Source: Octopus sinensis (lineage: Eukaryota). From it: 27,236 nt of DNA. A program made the position numbers and the translations under genes. Below are positions 11,065-22,197 of this stretch, one piece after another. The stretch covers positions 1 through 27,236 of the forward strand of contig NW_021834028.1 of NCBI RefSeq assembly GCF_006345805.1, in the 5' to 3' direction. How positions within the stretch are numbered: the stretch's first letter is position 1; every line of letters starts with the position of its first letter. The notes beneath the pieces were generated by a model. That model saw only the letters and a program-made list of their open reading frames with translations. It was not told the DNA's origin and did no database searches.

Positions 11065-11332
11065 CATACACACACACACACCTACGCACACACATACATA
11101 TGCACTTGCGTACATACATTCATACATAATTTCACATTATGTAATCATGTATGGATTTATGCATATGTACGCCTGCACGCTCGCACATACTTACACACAT
11201 ACATACATACATACACACACATACACACACATACATACATACATACATACATACATACATACATACATACATACATACACATACATACACACACATATAT
11301 ATTTGCATACATTCATACATACATACATACAT
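11065..11332. repeat. (CA)n/(CATA)n compound microsatellite
   Basis: Directly visible; further (CATA)n at 11518-11566 and (CA)n at 11655-11723. Confidence 0.95.
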
Positions 11333-11679
11333 AATGACATGCATGAAAATACGCATATATACTTGCACATACGTTCGTGCGCATATACATTGCATATTTC
11401 AGCTGCGCATAAAGCTTACAAACTCACGCACCTATGGGCACATTACAATTTCTCAATTTCAGATATCTTGAAGCATTTGTGCATGGATTTATCAAGGAAA
11501 TTAACATGTTATATATACATACATACATACATACATACATACATACATACATACATACATACATACCTGGTGTCTGTCAGCGTGTTGACGAGTATGGCTT
11601 TCACTGACATTTTCTAGATGTTAAAGACAATGGCTATCAGCAACGTATATACTTACACACACACACACTCACACACACA

Positions 11680-11723
<44 letters not shown>

Positions 11724-11726
<3 letters not shown>

Positions 11727-12517
11727 TTCCAAGGCTATGTATTTGCAATTCAAGAGCAGGAGATTGCTACGAAATATCTACTAAACAAAGGAGACACTGA
11801 AGCCCTTGGATCCCCAAGGAGCAATCGAATATGAAGATTATGCCATATTTCTGTGGAAAATATCACAAATGCGATTAGAAGCTGCCCAAAATTTCCATCC
11901 AAGTACTACCTCCCCATGCGACACGACGTTGTCGCTAAAGCACAATACAATGCCTTTCGGAAAAAAAGACTGTCCTGGAATAAATACAAAGAATCCATTC
12001 CCCTATTATTGCTAACTTACTTAAACGTCTATACAAGGAATATTAGAGGAACATTTCAATCAAAACTTCTGAAAGCATAACAGACTCGATGTTGTTGTTT
12101 GGGGAAGACAAGAAAAAGTATTTAACGTCATAGAGGTTAATGTGAATGTCTCTTTGAAAATGAAAGTGAAAGAAGATAACTATGGACAACTGCTTCGAAA
12201 CTTCTAGCTTGTTCTGTATCGCGATTGCAAATTCACATTTATACCAATAATGATTGGTGCACTTGGTTTTCTGAGTAAATGCAGAAGTTACAGTCTGGGT
12301 AAGCTGGGGTTTTTTTGAGACAAAGAAATCACCTGGTTAATGCTTACAAGATAAGTGTAATCTCTGTGTGGAACAGTAATAATATGCGAGACTTCCTCAA
12401 ATTTAAAATGTGAATTAGTTTTTGCTATCTACATTCCAACGACAGGGCTTAGTGTTTCTGTTAGAAACCAGCTCTTTCTTCAGAGGGAGATTTCAAATAA
12501 TTAGAAAAAGACTTGAA
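11724..12517 (+). mobile_element. R4/Dong-like RLE LINE, 5'-truncated and degenerate (copy 3)
   Basis: HFQGYVFAIQEQEIATKYLLNKR and ENITNAIRSCPKFPSKYYLPMRHDVVAK, plus RLE remnants with frameshifts; 3' UTR runs directly into (CATA)n. Confidence 0.85.
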
Positions 12518-12649
12518 CATACATACATATACACATACATACATACATACATACATACATACATACATACATACATGCATACATACATACATACATACAT
12601 ACATACATACATACATACATACATACATACATGCATACATACATACATG
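12518..12649 (+). repeat. (CATA)n array at LINE 3' end
   Basis: Directly visible. Confidence 0.97.
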
Positions 12650-12650
12650 A

Positions 12651-12975
12651 GAGTACTCCGTCGGTTGCGACGACGAGGGTCCCAGCTGACACGATCAACA
12701 GAACAGCCTGCTCGTGAAATTAACGTGCAAGTGGCTGAGTACTCCACAGACACGTACACCCTTAACGTAGTTCTCGGAGAGATTCTGCGTGACACAGAGT
12801 GTGACAAGGCTGGCCCTTTGAAATACAGGCATTCCTCATTTTTGCCAATTGAGTGGACTGGAGCAACCTGAAATACAGTGTCTTGCTCAAAGACACAACG
12901 CGCCGCCGGGAATTGAACTCACGACCTTACGATCATGAGCCGAATGCCTCTAACCACTAAGCCACACGCCTTCAC
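12651..12975 (-). mobile_element. SINE family D (tRNA head, CORE-like module, tail shared with family C)
   Basis: Minus strand: TGGCTTAGTGG A box, GAGTTCAATTCC B box, gtgtctttgagcaagacact module; 3' ~190 bp matches 16046-16205. Confidence 0.9.
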
Positions 12976-12993
12976 ATATATATACATACATAC

Positions 12994-13662
12994 AAGCTTT
13001 GTGATGATAGTAACATCGATCATCAAAACAGTTTACCATGGATCAATAGCAAGATTACTACCTCCCACTTTGAAGGGTATACGTTTGCAATACAAGAACA
13101 GGAGATATCAACCAAGTACCTGATGCACAAAAGGGATAGAGATGCAGGAAAAGCCTTAAAATGTGCCAACCGATGCAGACTTTGTGGCGTTCACACTGAC
13201 GAGATCACCCACATCATAAGCAGTTCTCCGAAAATGTTATCACTGTTATATCTACCGATGACACATGATGTTGTAGCTAGGACACTCTATAATGAAATCC
13301 GTCGGAAGGATAATCCCGAGGACAAAGAAATAAGAACCCACAATATGGTAGAAGCCATAGCCAATCATAATAAAAAGGAATATTGGAGGAATGTACCAGT
13401 GAAGACCTCAATAAAATGTAAGCGCAACAGACCTGATATAATGACTTGGAATAGAGAAAACAAAATGTGCACATTTGTGGAAATTAGCTGCCCAGCGGAT
13501 GTTAACATAAAGCTGAAGATCAGTGAAAAAGAGAACACCTATACTGAACTATTGAGAAATCTGCAGTTACTCCATCCAGATTACAAGTTCAGGTTTATAC
13601 CTGTAATTATTGAGTCCCTGGGATATGTAACACACTGCCTAAATACCAATTTTGAAAAATTA
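12994..13662 (+). mobile_element. R4/Dong-like RLE LINE fragment with open reading frame (copy 2)
   Basis: Stop-free frame: SLPWINSKITTSHFEGYTFAIQEQEISTKY...CRLCG...EITHIISSS...THDVVAR...RPDIMTW...VEISCP...EKENTY; roughly 90% identical to copy 1; truncated at both ends. Confidence 0.92.
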
Positions 13663-14252
13663 CATTACAAGCCATAATTTAATTCAAATAAAAAATGACA
13701 AAAACTACAAAAAATGAAAATAAAAAATAAAGATAAGAATAAAAAATACGAATAAAAATTAAAATTTACAAAAACTATTCTTGTACGTATATATATATAT
13801 ATATGAATATCTCTTTATCATAACGTATGTATACCTGTATGTATTTTAACGTATGTATATCTGTATATATATATATATATATATTCTTTGAGTGTATGTA
13901 TATATCCATATAAAGTTTTATGCATATTAGTCTAGACACAATATCCTTATCAAAATTAGCCGAAACCCTCTCGAAGGACTGTATGTGTGTTAGTTTATTT
14001 GAAAATTCGCGAATGACATATAGAAAGAAACGGATATTAAAATTATTAAAATGGTGGATGTGTTTATAAACGATCCTGCCGATTGCTCGACAAAATTTTG
14101 CGCATCACAAAATATATAAATTCCTCTTCATAAACATCCTCGTAATAATTATTAGCAACAATATCATCATCATCAACAACATCGTCGGCGTCATTTATCA
14201 TCGCAATAGCTATGATGATCATATGATTATATGCAACAACAGCAGCAACAGT

Positions 14253-14423
14253 GGAGGTGCAATGGCCCAATGGTTAGGGCAGCGGACTCGCGGTCGTAAG
14301 AACGCGGTTTCGATTCCTAGACAGGGCATTGCGAGTGTTTATTGAGCAGGCTCCGGCGGGGAGGGGTGATGAACCCCGCTGTACGCCTTCACCACAACTT
14401 TCTCTCACTCTTTCTTCCTACTT
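14253..14423 (+). mobile_element. SINE family C, 5' part
   Basis: tRNA-like head with TGGCCCAATGG and GGTTTCGATTCC; 3' part overlaps the copy at 16046-16275 (caccacaactttctctcactctttcttcc). Confidence 0.85.
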
Positions 14424-14637
14424 CTGCCACAAAGCAGAGGAACCATGGTGTAACCCACTATGGTGTGGTGAACTTTCAGACCCTAGTCTAGATGGCGAAT
14501 CCTCTGTACCTCAGGATGGTTCAGCTCTCCACCCGTTAAAAGCCACCGTTTACGGAATGAGGATAACAACATAGCTTTCGCGCCCGTGCAACCGAAGGAG
14601 GAGGGGAAGAAGAAGAAGAAGAAGAAGAAGAAGAAGA
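14424..14637 (+). mobile_element. Unclassified GC-richer segment ending in (GAA)n, probable retroelement piece
   Basis: Begins abruptly at the truncated SINE C and ends in a (GAA)n run. Confidence 0.4.
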
Positions 14638-14640
14638 GTA

Positions 14641-14880
14641 GCAGCTGTAGTAAAGTCATCACCTTCATCATCATAAAAACCACAATTATTTTCATCATCA
14701 TCATAATCACAATCGTCGCAGTAGTCATTATCAAGTTTACACCCTCGTCAACGTCGCCATCATCTTCTTTATCATCTTCATAATCATCAGTTTAAGCATC
14801 GTCGTCGTTATCGTTATCGTTATCATTGTCAACGTCATCGTCTTCATCATCACCATCATCATCATCATCATCATCATCAC
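14641..14880. repeat. Degenerate (ATC)/(GTC)n trinucleotide tract
   Basis: Directly visible; similar tract at 14155-14250. Confidence 0.9.
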
Positions 14881-15406
14881 TGTTTTCATCTGTAGATGAA
14901 AGTACTAATAGCGTAATTCATACCCAGCTCTCAATTGTTGTCATGAATGCAAAAATATAGTAAATCTTTGGAGGATATTTTGCGATGTAAATAATATTAA
15001 GAGCGTATTGAGGCTGGTTGATGTAATAGAATAATCTCTTATACGACTTCAATGTTGCTAAAATTACATTAGCCAAACGATCTACGAAGCAGCTGTTATG
15101 GTGAGTGAAACGGGGTACAAACAAAATTGAAGGCAAAAGTATCTAAATGCAATGATTTCATTCATTGTTATGCGCATAAATTTAACTTTGTTTTTAGTAG
15201 AAGTACTGAGAAAGTCAATAGAGTTAAATTATTTTATGCCTTGGCACAGATTAAATAAATTTATATCCTCAAGTATAAAGCAGAAACGTGTCTTTAGAGA
15301 TTTTGCTATCAGTATTTCTTCACTGTGTAACACAAGAGGGCGCTACAGATCTGGAATTGTGTCACTCGTTAGAGTGGTGTGAAAACTTGAAAGTGCATTT
15401 CAAAAT

Positions 15407-15966
15407 GTGGCTGTGTGGTATATAGCTTGCTTACCAACCACATGGTTCCGGGTTCAGTCCAACAGCAGCAACAGTGGAGGTGTAATGGCCTAATGGTTAG
15501 GGCAGCGGACTCGCGGTCGTAAGAACGCGGTTTCGATTCCTAGATCGGGCATTGTGAGTGTTTATTGAGAAGGCTCCGGCGGGGAGGGGCGGTGAACCCC
15601 GCTGTACGCCTTCACCACAACTTTCTCTCACTCTTTCTTCCTACTTGGGCAAGTGTTGTCTAATATAGCCTCGGGCCGACCAAAGCCTTGTGAGCGGATT
15701 TGGTAGGCGGAAACTGAAAGAAGCTCGTCGTATATATGTATATATATGTATGTGTGTATAGGTTTGTGTGTCTGTGTTTGTCCCCCCCAATATCGCTTGA
15801 CAACCGATGCTGGTGTCTTTGCGTCCCCGTAACTTAGCGGTTCGGCAAAAGAGACCAATAGAATAAGTACTAGGCTTACAAAGAATAAGTCCTGGGGTCG
15901 ATTTGCTCGACTAAAGTCGATGCTCCAGCATGGCCAGTAAAATGACTGAAAGAAGTAAAAGAGTAA
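15407..15966 (+). mobile_element. SINE family A, interrupted at 15461-15646
   Basis: Head at 15407-15460 ends ggttcagtcc; body resumes at cttgggcaagtg and ends gaagtaaaagagtaa. Confidence 0.92.
15461..15646 (+). repeat. 186-bp copy of 14238-14423 (SINE C head plus its flank)
   Basis: About 8 substitutions in 186 bp; includes the upstream flank aacagcagcaacagt and the same 3' end ctactt. Confidence 0.92.
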
Positions 15967-16045
15967 TGAAATGAGTGACGAAGATACACCGTGTTAAACT
16001 AATAATCTTTGGCATACTTAACTTTATTTTCAAGTCTTTCATCGT

Positions 16046-16275
16046 GGTACTCCGTCGGTTACGACGACGAGGGTTCCATTTGATCCGATCAACGGAACAG
16101 TCTGCTCGTGAAATGAATGTGTAAGTGGCTGAGTACTCCACAGACACGTGTACCCTTAATGCAGTTCTCGGGGAGATTCAGCGTGACACAGGGTGTAACA
16201 AGGCTTTGGAATACAAGTACAACAGAAACAGGAAGAAAGAGTGAGAGAAAGTTGTGGTGAAAGAGTACAGCAGGA
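16046..16275 (-). mobile_element. SINE family C, 3' part
   Basis: Overlaps the C body motif of 14380-14418 and shares its tail with family D. Confidence 0.88.
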
Positions 16276-16913
16276 TTCGTTTTTTGAACTCTTAATTTTG
16301 AATTTCGAGTCATTTTCCCTTCACACTTTCACAGTAAATATAGAGAAATATAATAGTGTCTCGTTGAAAATAATTATCTGGCCTTGACTGCCTGTCTGTT
16401 AGTCTGTCACTCTGTCTGTCTTACAACAATTAGTCAAGTTTCAATCATTTATCAATTTGTTCAATAAATCAAAAGTTGTTCGTTATCGCTGAGTCAAATT
16501 AATGACTTTTGATTCACTCCACTAATTAATTATCTAATGACCGGCATAAGCAAAATGGGATAGGTTGTCTTTGAAATTGACTAACAAGTTACGGTTGATA
16601 TGACGCGAAAACGACGTTGTCAGAATCTGTTGATTTCGAGTGGAAAAACTCGGAAAATTGTGAATCTTCAGAGATGGAGAGAAAGGGGGAATGGGGAAGG
16701 GAGAAAGAGAGAGAGATGCCCGGAGGGAGATAGAGTGGGGAAGGATGAGAAAGGGGCCAGGGGAAGACAGAGCTAAAGAGGGAGAGCAAATAATTGATGA
16801 CAGAGTAAAATGAAATGTTGCTTCGTCGGAGGAATACATTAATGGGAGGATGAGTTGGTTGGGTTGATATTGGATATTTACATCATTTGGCCAATAGATA
16901 TATATTCATATAC

Positions 16914-16947
<34 letters not shown>

Positions 16948-16948
<1 letters not shown>

Positions 16949-17082
16949 ATTGACAGAATGAGATTTTAAAAAATCCAAGGCTGTACAGAGTTTTCAGAAC
17001 ATTTATAAAGAACACCTTTTCTTTATAAATGTTCTGAAAACTATTCACAGCCTTGGGGTTTTTTTATCTTATTCTGTCAATT
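16948..17082. mobile_element. Palindromic MITE-like element, 135 bp
   Basis: ~65-bp arms around a 6-nt loop; central agttttcagaacatttataaagaa is perfectly inverted; TA repeats on both flanks. Confidence 0.8.
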
Positions 17083-17191
17083 TATATATATGCATGCTAC
17101 AACATGACCCACGTTGGACTCCTCGTTCGTATCATTGTCGAACCTGGAGCTTAACCATGGTCTATCCATAACACTTACTTAGCGTTACCGA

Positions 17192-17818
17192 CAATGAGAA
17201 TTGTAATTAATTTTTCTTTTTCCTAATAACAGTTTGAAGACTTATAAGTTAAGGTGGTGTGTGGTTGCAAGGAAAATAGATTAATATATAGGATAGTAAT
17301 ATCATACTTTTTTTCAAAAGAGGTGGCGAGTCGGCAGAATCGTTAGCACGCCGGGCGAACTGCCTAGCGGTATTTTGTCTGTCGCTACGCTCTGAGTTCA
17401 AATTCCACCGAGGTCGACTTTGCCTTTCATCCTTTCGAGGTCGATTAAATAAATACCAGTTACGCACTGGGGTCGATATAATCGACTTAATCCGTTTATC
17501 TGTCCTTGTTTGTCCTCTCTGTGTTTAGCCCCTTGTGGGTAGTAAAGAAATAGGTATTTCGTCTGCCGTTACGTTCTGAGTTCAAATTCCGCCGAGGGCG
17601 ATTTGCCTTTCATCCTTTCGGGGTCGATAAATTAAGAACCAATTACGCACTGGGGTCGATGTAATCGACTTAACCCCTTTGTCTAACCGTGTTTGTCCCC
17701 TGTATGTTTAGCCCCTTGTGGGCAATAAAGAAATACGAATCGTTATCACGCCGGGCAAACTGCTTAGCTGCATTTAATATGTCTTTACGTTCTGTTTTCA
17801 AATTCCTTTGAGGTAGAC
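17192..17818 (+). repeat. Local direct duplication, copy A (of 21344-21972)
   Basis: ~627 bp at roughly 98% identity, including ~130 bp of non-SINE flank; offset 4152 bp. Confidence 0.95.
17322..17818 (+). mobile_element. Tandem SINE family B units (two plus one partial)
   Basis: Units start at 17322, 17553 and 17737. Confidence 0.92.
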
Positions 17819-17866
17819 GTTACCGACACCTTTTGAGTCTTCTTGACACAAATATCTCTCATACTC

Positions 17867-17870
<4 letters not shown>

Positions 17871-17917
<47 letters not shown>

Positions 17918-17949
17918 CATAGTCATATATACATATATATATATTATAT

Positions 17950-17986
<37 letters not shown>

Positions 17987-18064
17987 TCATATATACATAT
18001 ATATATATATATATAGATATATATATATATATTCATATATACATAGTCATATGTACATATATAT

Positions 18065-18146
<82 letters not shown>

Positions 18147-18160
18147 GTCATATATACATA
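17871..18160. repeat. (TA)n array
   Basis: Directly visible. Confidence 0.97.
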
Positions 18161-18162
18161 TG

Positions 18163-18718
18163 TCACTTTGGAGTGACGAGTCACGCTTCTGTATATTTGG
18201 ATCAGATGGTAAAACATACTGAGAATTCCATCCGAAATGCGTGGAAAAGACGGCGCAAGCGGGGTGTGGGGTGATGGTGTGGGCAGCATTTAGTAGCTTT
18301 GGTGTTGGCCCTCTAGTTAAAGTTGATGGGAAGCTAAATAGTGTAGGTTATATGAATCTACTAAAGGATAATGTTGCACCGTACTTGACTCACCAAATGC
18401 CTCCGGAAGCTATTTATCAGCAGGACAATAGTCCTGTGCACAAAGCCAAAAACGTTATAGAATTTTTTGATCACCATAATATTAACATAATCGAATGGCC
18501 TCCCCAGAGCCCGGAAATGAATCCTATCGAGAACTTGTAGAATTATGTTTCCCAAAAAGTCCATGCTAAAAAACCCATCTAATCTAAAACAATTATTCGA
18601 TTATATCAATGAAATATGGCAAAACATTCCCATAGAATTTTGTAATCACTTAGCGAATTCAATGCCGAGGCGTTGTCCAGCCGTTATTAGGAATAAAGGC
18701 TATGGCACAAAGTACTAA
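18163..18718 (+). pseudogene. Tc1-family DD34E transposase, catalytic-domain pseudogene
   Basis: [14 protein letters not shown]...GVMVWAAFS...QQDNSPVH...WPPQSPEMNPIENL*; 34 residues between the second D and E; after a frameshift near 18575, ...SMPRRCPAVIRNKGYGTKY*. Confidence 0.93.
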
Positions 18719-18784
18719 TATGTATTTCGTTCTTGTTGCTCATTTGTGCTACAATCTTAAGCTTTAAATAAAATTATAATGATA

Positions 18785-19007
18785 CGGTCTTAAACTAATT
18801 TTTCCGGTAAATTTGAAACGTTTATATTAATTCAGCATTAGAATTCTTCAAGTTCTATAAAAAAAAGTTATTGTCTGCATCATTCGAAAGAGAAATAAAT
18901 TCTGCTTAAGGTGTAAACGATAAAAATAATTTGTATAGTGTTAGTAACAAAATATTTTGTAAGGAATAGAACTTTTATCATCGGTCTTAAATTAATTTTC
19001 GCCAGTA
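18785..19007 (+). repeat. Putative right inverted repeat of the Tc1 element with two internal direct repeats
   Basis: cggtcttaaactaatttt at 18785 and cggtcttaaattaatttt at 18982 (17/18 identical); ends ...cgccagta before the TA array. Confidence 0.6.
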
Positions 19008-19191
19008 CATACATATATACATATGATTATATGTATATATTCATATACATATATATATTATATATACACCTATATATATATTATTATATATATATTATTC
19101 ATATATATATATATATATATATATTATTCATATATATATATATATATACACATATATATATTATATATATATATTCATATATATATATATA

Positions 19192-19238
<47 letters not shown>

Positions 19239-19324
19239 TTATATATTATATATATATATATATATATATTCTATATATATATATTATATATATATATTTA
19301 TATATACATATATATATATATATC

Positions 19325-19359
<35 letters not shown>

Positions 19360-19618
19360 TCATATATATATATATATTCATATATACTATATATATATCT
19401 ATATATATAGATATATATATCATATATATATATATAATTCATATATATATATATATAATATATATTCATATATAATATATAATATATATTCATATATATA
19501 TATATATATATTCATATATATTATATATATATATATATTATATATATATATTCATAATATATATATATATATATTCATATATAATATATATATATCTATA
19601 TATATAATATATATATAT

Positions 19619-19654
<36 letters not shown>

Positions 19655-19925
19655 TATTATATATATATATATATAATATATATTCATATATATATATATA
19701 TGTTCATATACATTCATATATATCTATATATATATATATATATATATTATTCATATATATATATATAATATATATATATATATTATATATATATATCATA
19801 TATATCTATATATATATATATTCATATATATATATATTATATTCATATATAATATATATTCATATATATATATATTCATATATATATGTATATATATATA
19901 TAATAATATATATATATATATATTC

Positions 19926-19961
<36 letters not shown>

Positions 19962-20299
19962 TATATATATATCTATATTCATATATATATATATATATAT
20001 ATTCATATACATTCATATATATCTATATATATATGTGTGTATATATAATATATATATATATGTTCATATACATTCATATATATATGTGTATATATAATAT
20101 ATATATATACATACATATATATTCATGTATATATATATATTCATATATATATACGAATATATATGAATATACATACATATATAATATATATATATATGAA
20201 TATATATATATATACATGAATATAGATGTATGTATATATGAATATATATATATACATGAACATATATGTATATATGTATATATATATTTATATATACAC

Positions 20300-20332
<33 letters not shown>
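19008..20332. repeat. ~1.3-kb interrupted (TA)n array
   Basis: Directly visible, with recurring ttca interruptions. Confidence 0.97.
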
Positions 20333-20333
<1 letters not shown>

Positions 20334-20337
20334 AGAA

Positions 20338-20591
20338 TAGTATGATTTATTTGAACCACTACAAAGTAGAGTTGAAAGTGCTTTGTTGAAAGCCACTTAT
20401 AATACAAGATGGAAATGATAGAGTAAAAGTGAATAGAAAATCAAAGGTTTACATTTTACCTTATATTTCGATATTTGTGCTTAAAAGCAATTATAAGGCC
20501 CTTCTCAACACCATTATTGCCAATATGATTTGAAGTGGCTTTCCTAAACACTTTGAACTTTATTTCACAATGCTTCAAATAAATTATACTA
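20338..20591. mobile_element. MITE-like element with ~60-bp imperfect terminal inverted repeats
   Basis: 20338-20398 (tagtatgatttatttgaa...gaaagccactt) is inverted at 20533-20591 at roughly 75% identity; TA at both ends. Confidence 0.7.
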
Positions 20592-21343
20592 GTCTAATGA
20601 GCCTCTAACTGGTGAAGAGAGATGATTCCAGCAACCTCATCTGCGAAAGTGTGACCTCATCTAATATTAAAAAAATATATAGCCGAAATACACTAGAGAA
20701 AATTATCTTTATATTGATTCTAGAGAATCTATACGAGATAGTTCTGAACCCCGAAAGCCTAAAACATCTTACTGCTACTTAAGAAGCGTAAAGCTCATTT
20801 GCAGACTAACATTCAAATCCTTCAATTAGATGAACTAACCCGATCAAGTCGGGTATTAGGAAAACTAGTAAAATATTTGTAAACAATTCTACCTAAAATT
20901 AAAAGAAAATCGTCTTTACTTCTGGTAAATTGTAGAAGAGGTTATTATCTGGTTTAATGATCTACATAATAAAATTGGAACCGATTTAATCCAGTTTAAC
21001 ATACTTTTGCTAATCTTTCAACAACATTAAGTATTCTAAAATAGTTATACTGCAAGCTAGGAAATCTGCTATTGTATTTGACCAATCTCTATAAATCACA
21101 TTCTCTTCCTGTGACCTCTTCGACATCAGCCAAGTCACTAGAGACTCGGCTAAAGTAACAGATGTAGTTGGGTTATATACTTTATTCCTATTTATTCGTT
21201 ATATTATACCTTTTTGATTCATTCACTACTTTTTGTACAGTAAATAAAGTGTATGTTGACAGAAAAACTAATGTTTAGCGAAGCTAACTTTTTATTTCTC
21301 GTAGCTGTGCCCACTTCTGGATATTAGCATGATATTATTATAC

Positions 21344-21972
21344 CAATGAGAATTGTAATTAATTTTTCTTTTTCCTAATAACAGTTTGAAGACTTATAAG
21401 TTAAGGTGGTGTGTGGTTGCAAGGAAAATAGATTAATATATAGGATAGTAATATCATACTTATTTTTCAAAAGAGGTGGCGAGTCGGCAGAATCGTTAGC
21501 ACGCCGGGCGAACTGCCTAGCGGTATTTCGTCTGTCGCTACGCTCTGAGTTCAAATTCCACCGAGGTCGACTTTGCCTTTCATCCTTTCGGAGTCGATTA
21601 AATAAGTACCAGTTACGCACTGGGGTCGATATAATCGACTTAATCCGTTTATCTGTCCTTGTTTGTCCTCTCTGTGTTTAGCCCCTTGTGGGTAGTAAAG
21701 AAATAGGTATTTCGTCTGCCGTTACGTTCTGAGTTCAAATTCCGCCGAGGGCGACTTTGCCTTTCATCCTTTCGGGGTCGATAAATTAAGTACCAATTAC
21801 GCACTGGGGTCGATGTAATCGACTTAACCCCTTTGTCTAACCTTGTTTGTCCCCTGTATGTTTAGCCCCTTGTGGGCAATAAAGAAATACGAATCGTTAT
21901 CACGCCGGGCAAACTGCTTAGCTGCATTTAATATGTCTTTACGTTCTGTTTTCAAATACCGCCGAGGTAGAC
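21344..21972 (+). repeat. Local direct duplication, copy B
   Basis: Matches 17192-17818; here SINE unit 3 continues past the shared region. Confidence 0.95.
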
Positions 21973-22197
21973 TTTATCTTCCATCTCTTTTCGGATCGGT
22001 AAAATAAGTACCAGTTGAGCCATGGGGTCGATGTAACCGACTTATATCTTCCCCCAAAATTGCTGGCCTTATGCCAAAATTTGAAATCAATATTAACAGC
22101 GGCGAGCAAGCAACATTGTTACCACACCAGGCAAAATGCTTAGCAGCATTTCGTACAGCTTTACGCTCTGAGTTCAAATTCCGCCGTCGTCGACTTT
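21475..22197 (+). mobile_element. Head-to-tail array of four SINE family B units
   Basis: Units start at about 21475, 21706, 21891 and 22099. Confidence 0.9.

Noticed and set aside
11333-11400. Similarity to the 3' UTR of LINE copy 1 (gcatga.aatac)
   Set aside because: Too short and embedded in low-complexity sequence.
15040-15106. GTGAGT donor suggesting an exon
   Set aside because: No credible acceptor or recognisable peptide.
12880-15545. tRNA-like sequences as tRNA genes
   Set aside because: They have A and B boxes but no intact cloverleaf and run into SINE bodies.
17192-21972. Direct repeats as LTRs of a retrotransposon
   Set aside because: No TG...CA termini, primer-binding site, polypurine tract or gag/pol; the repeats are mostly SINE sequence.
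17322-22197. Tandem units as a CRISPR array
   Set aside because: Units are ~180-230-bp SINEs without unique spacers, there are no cas genes and the context is eukaryotic.
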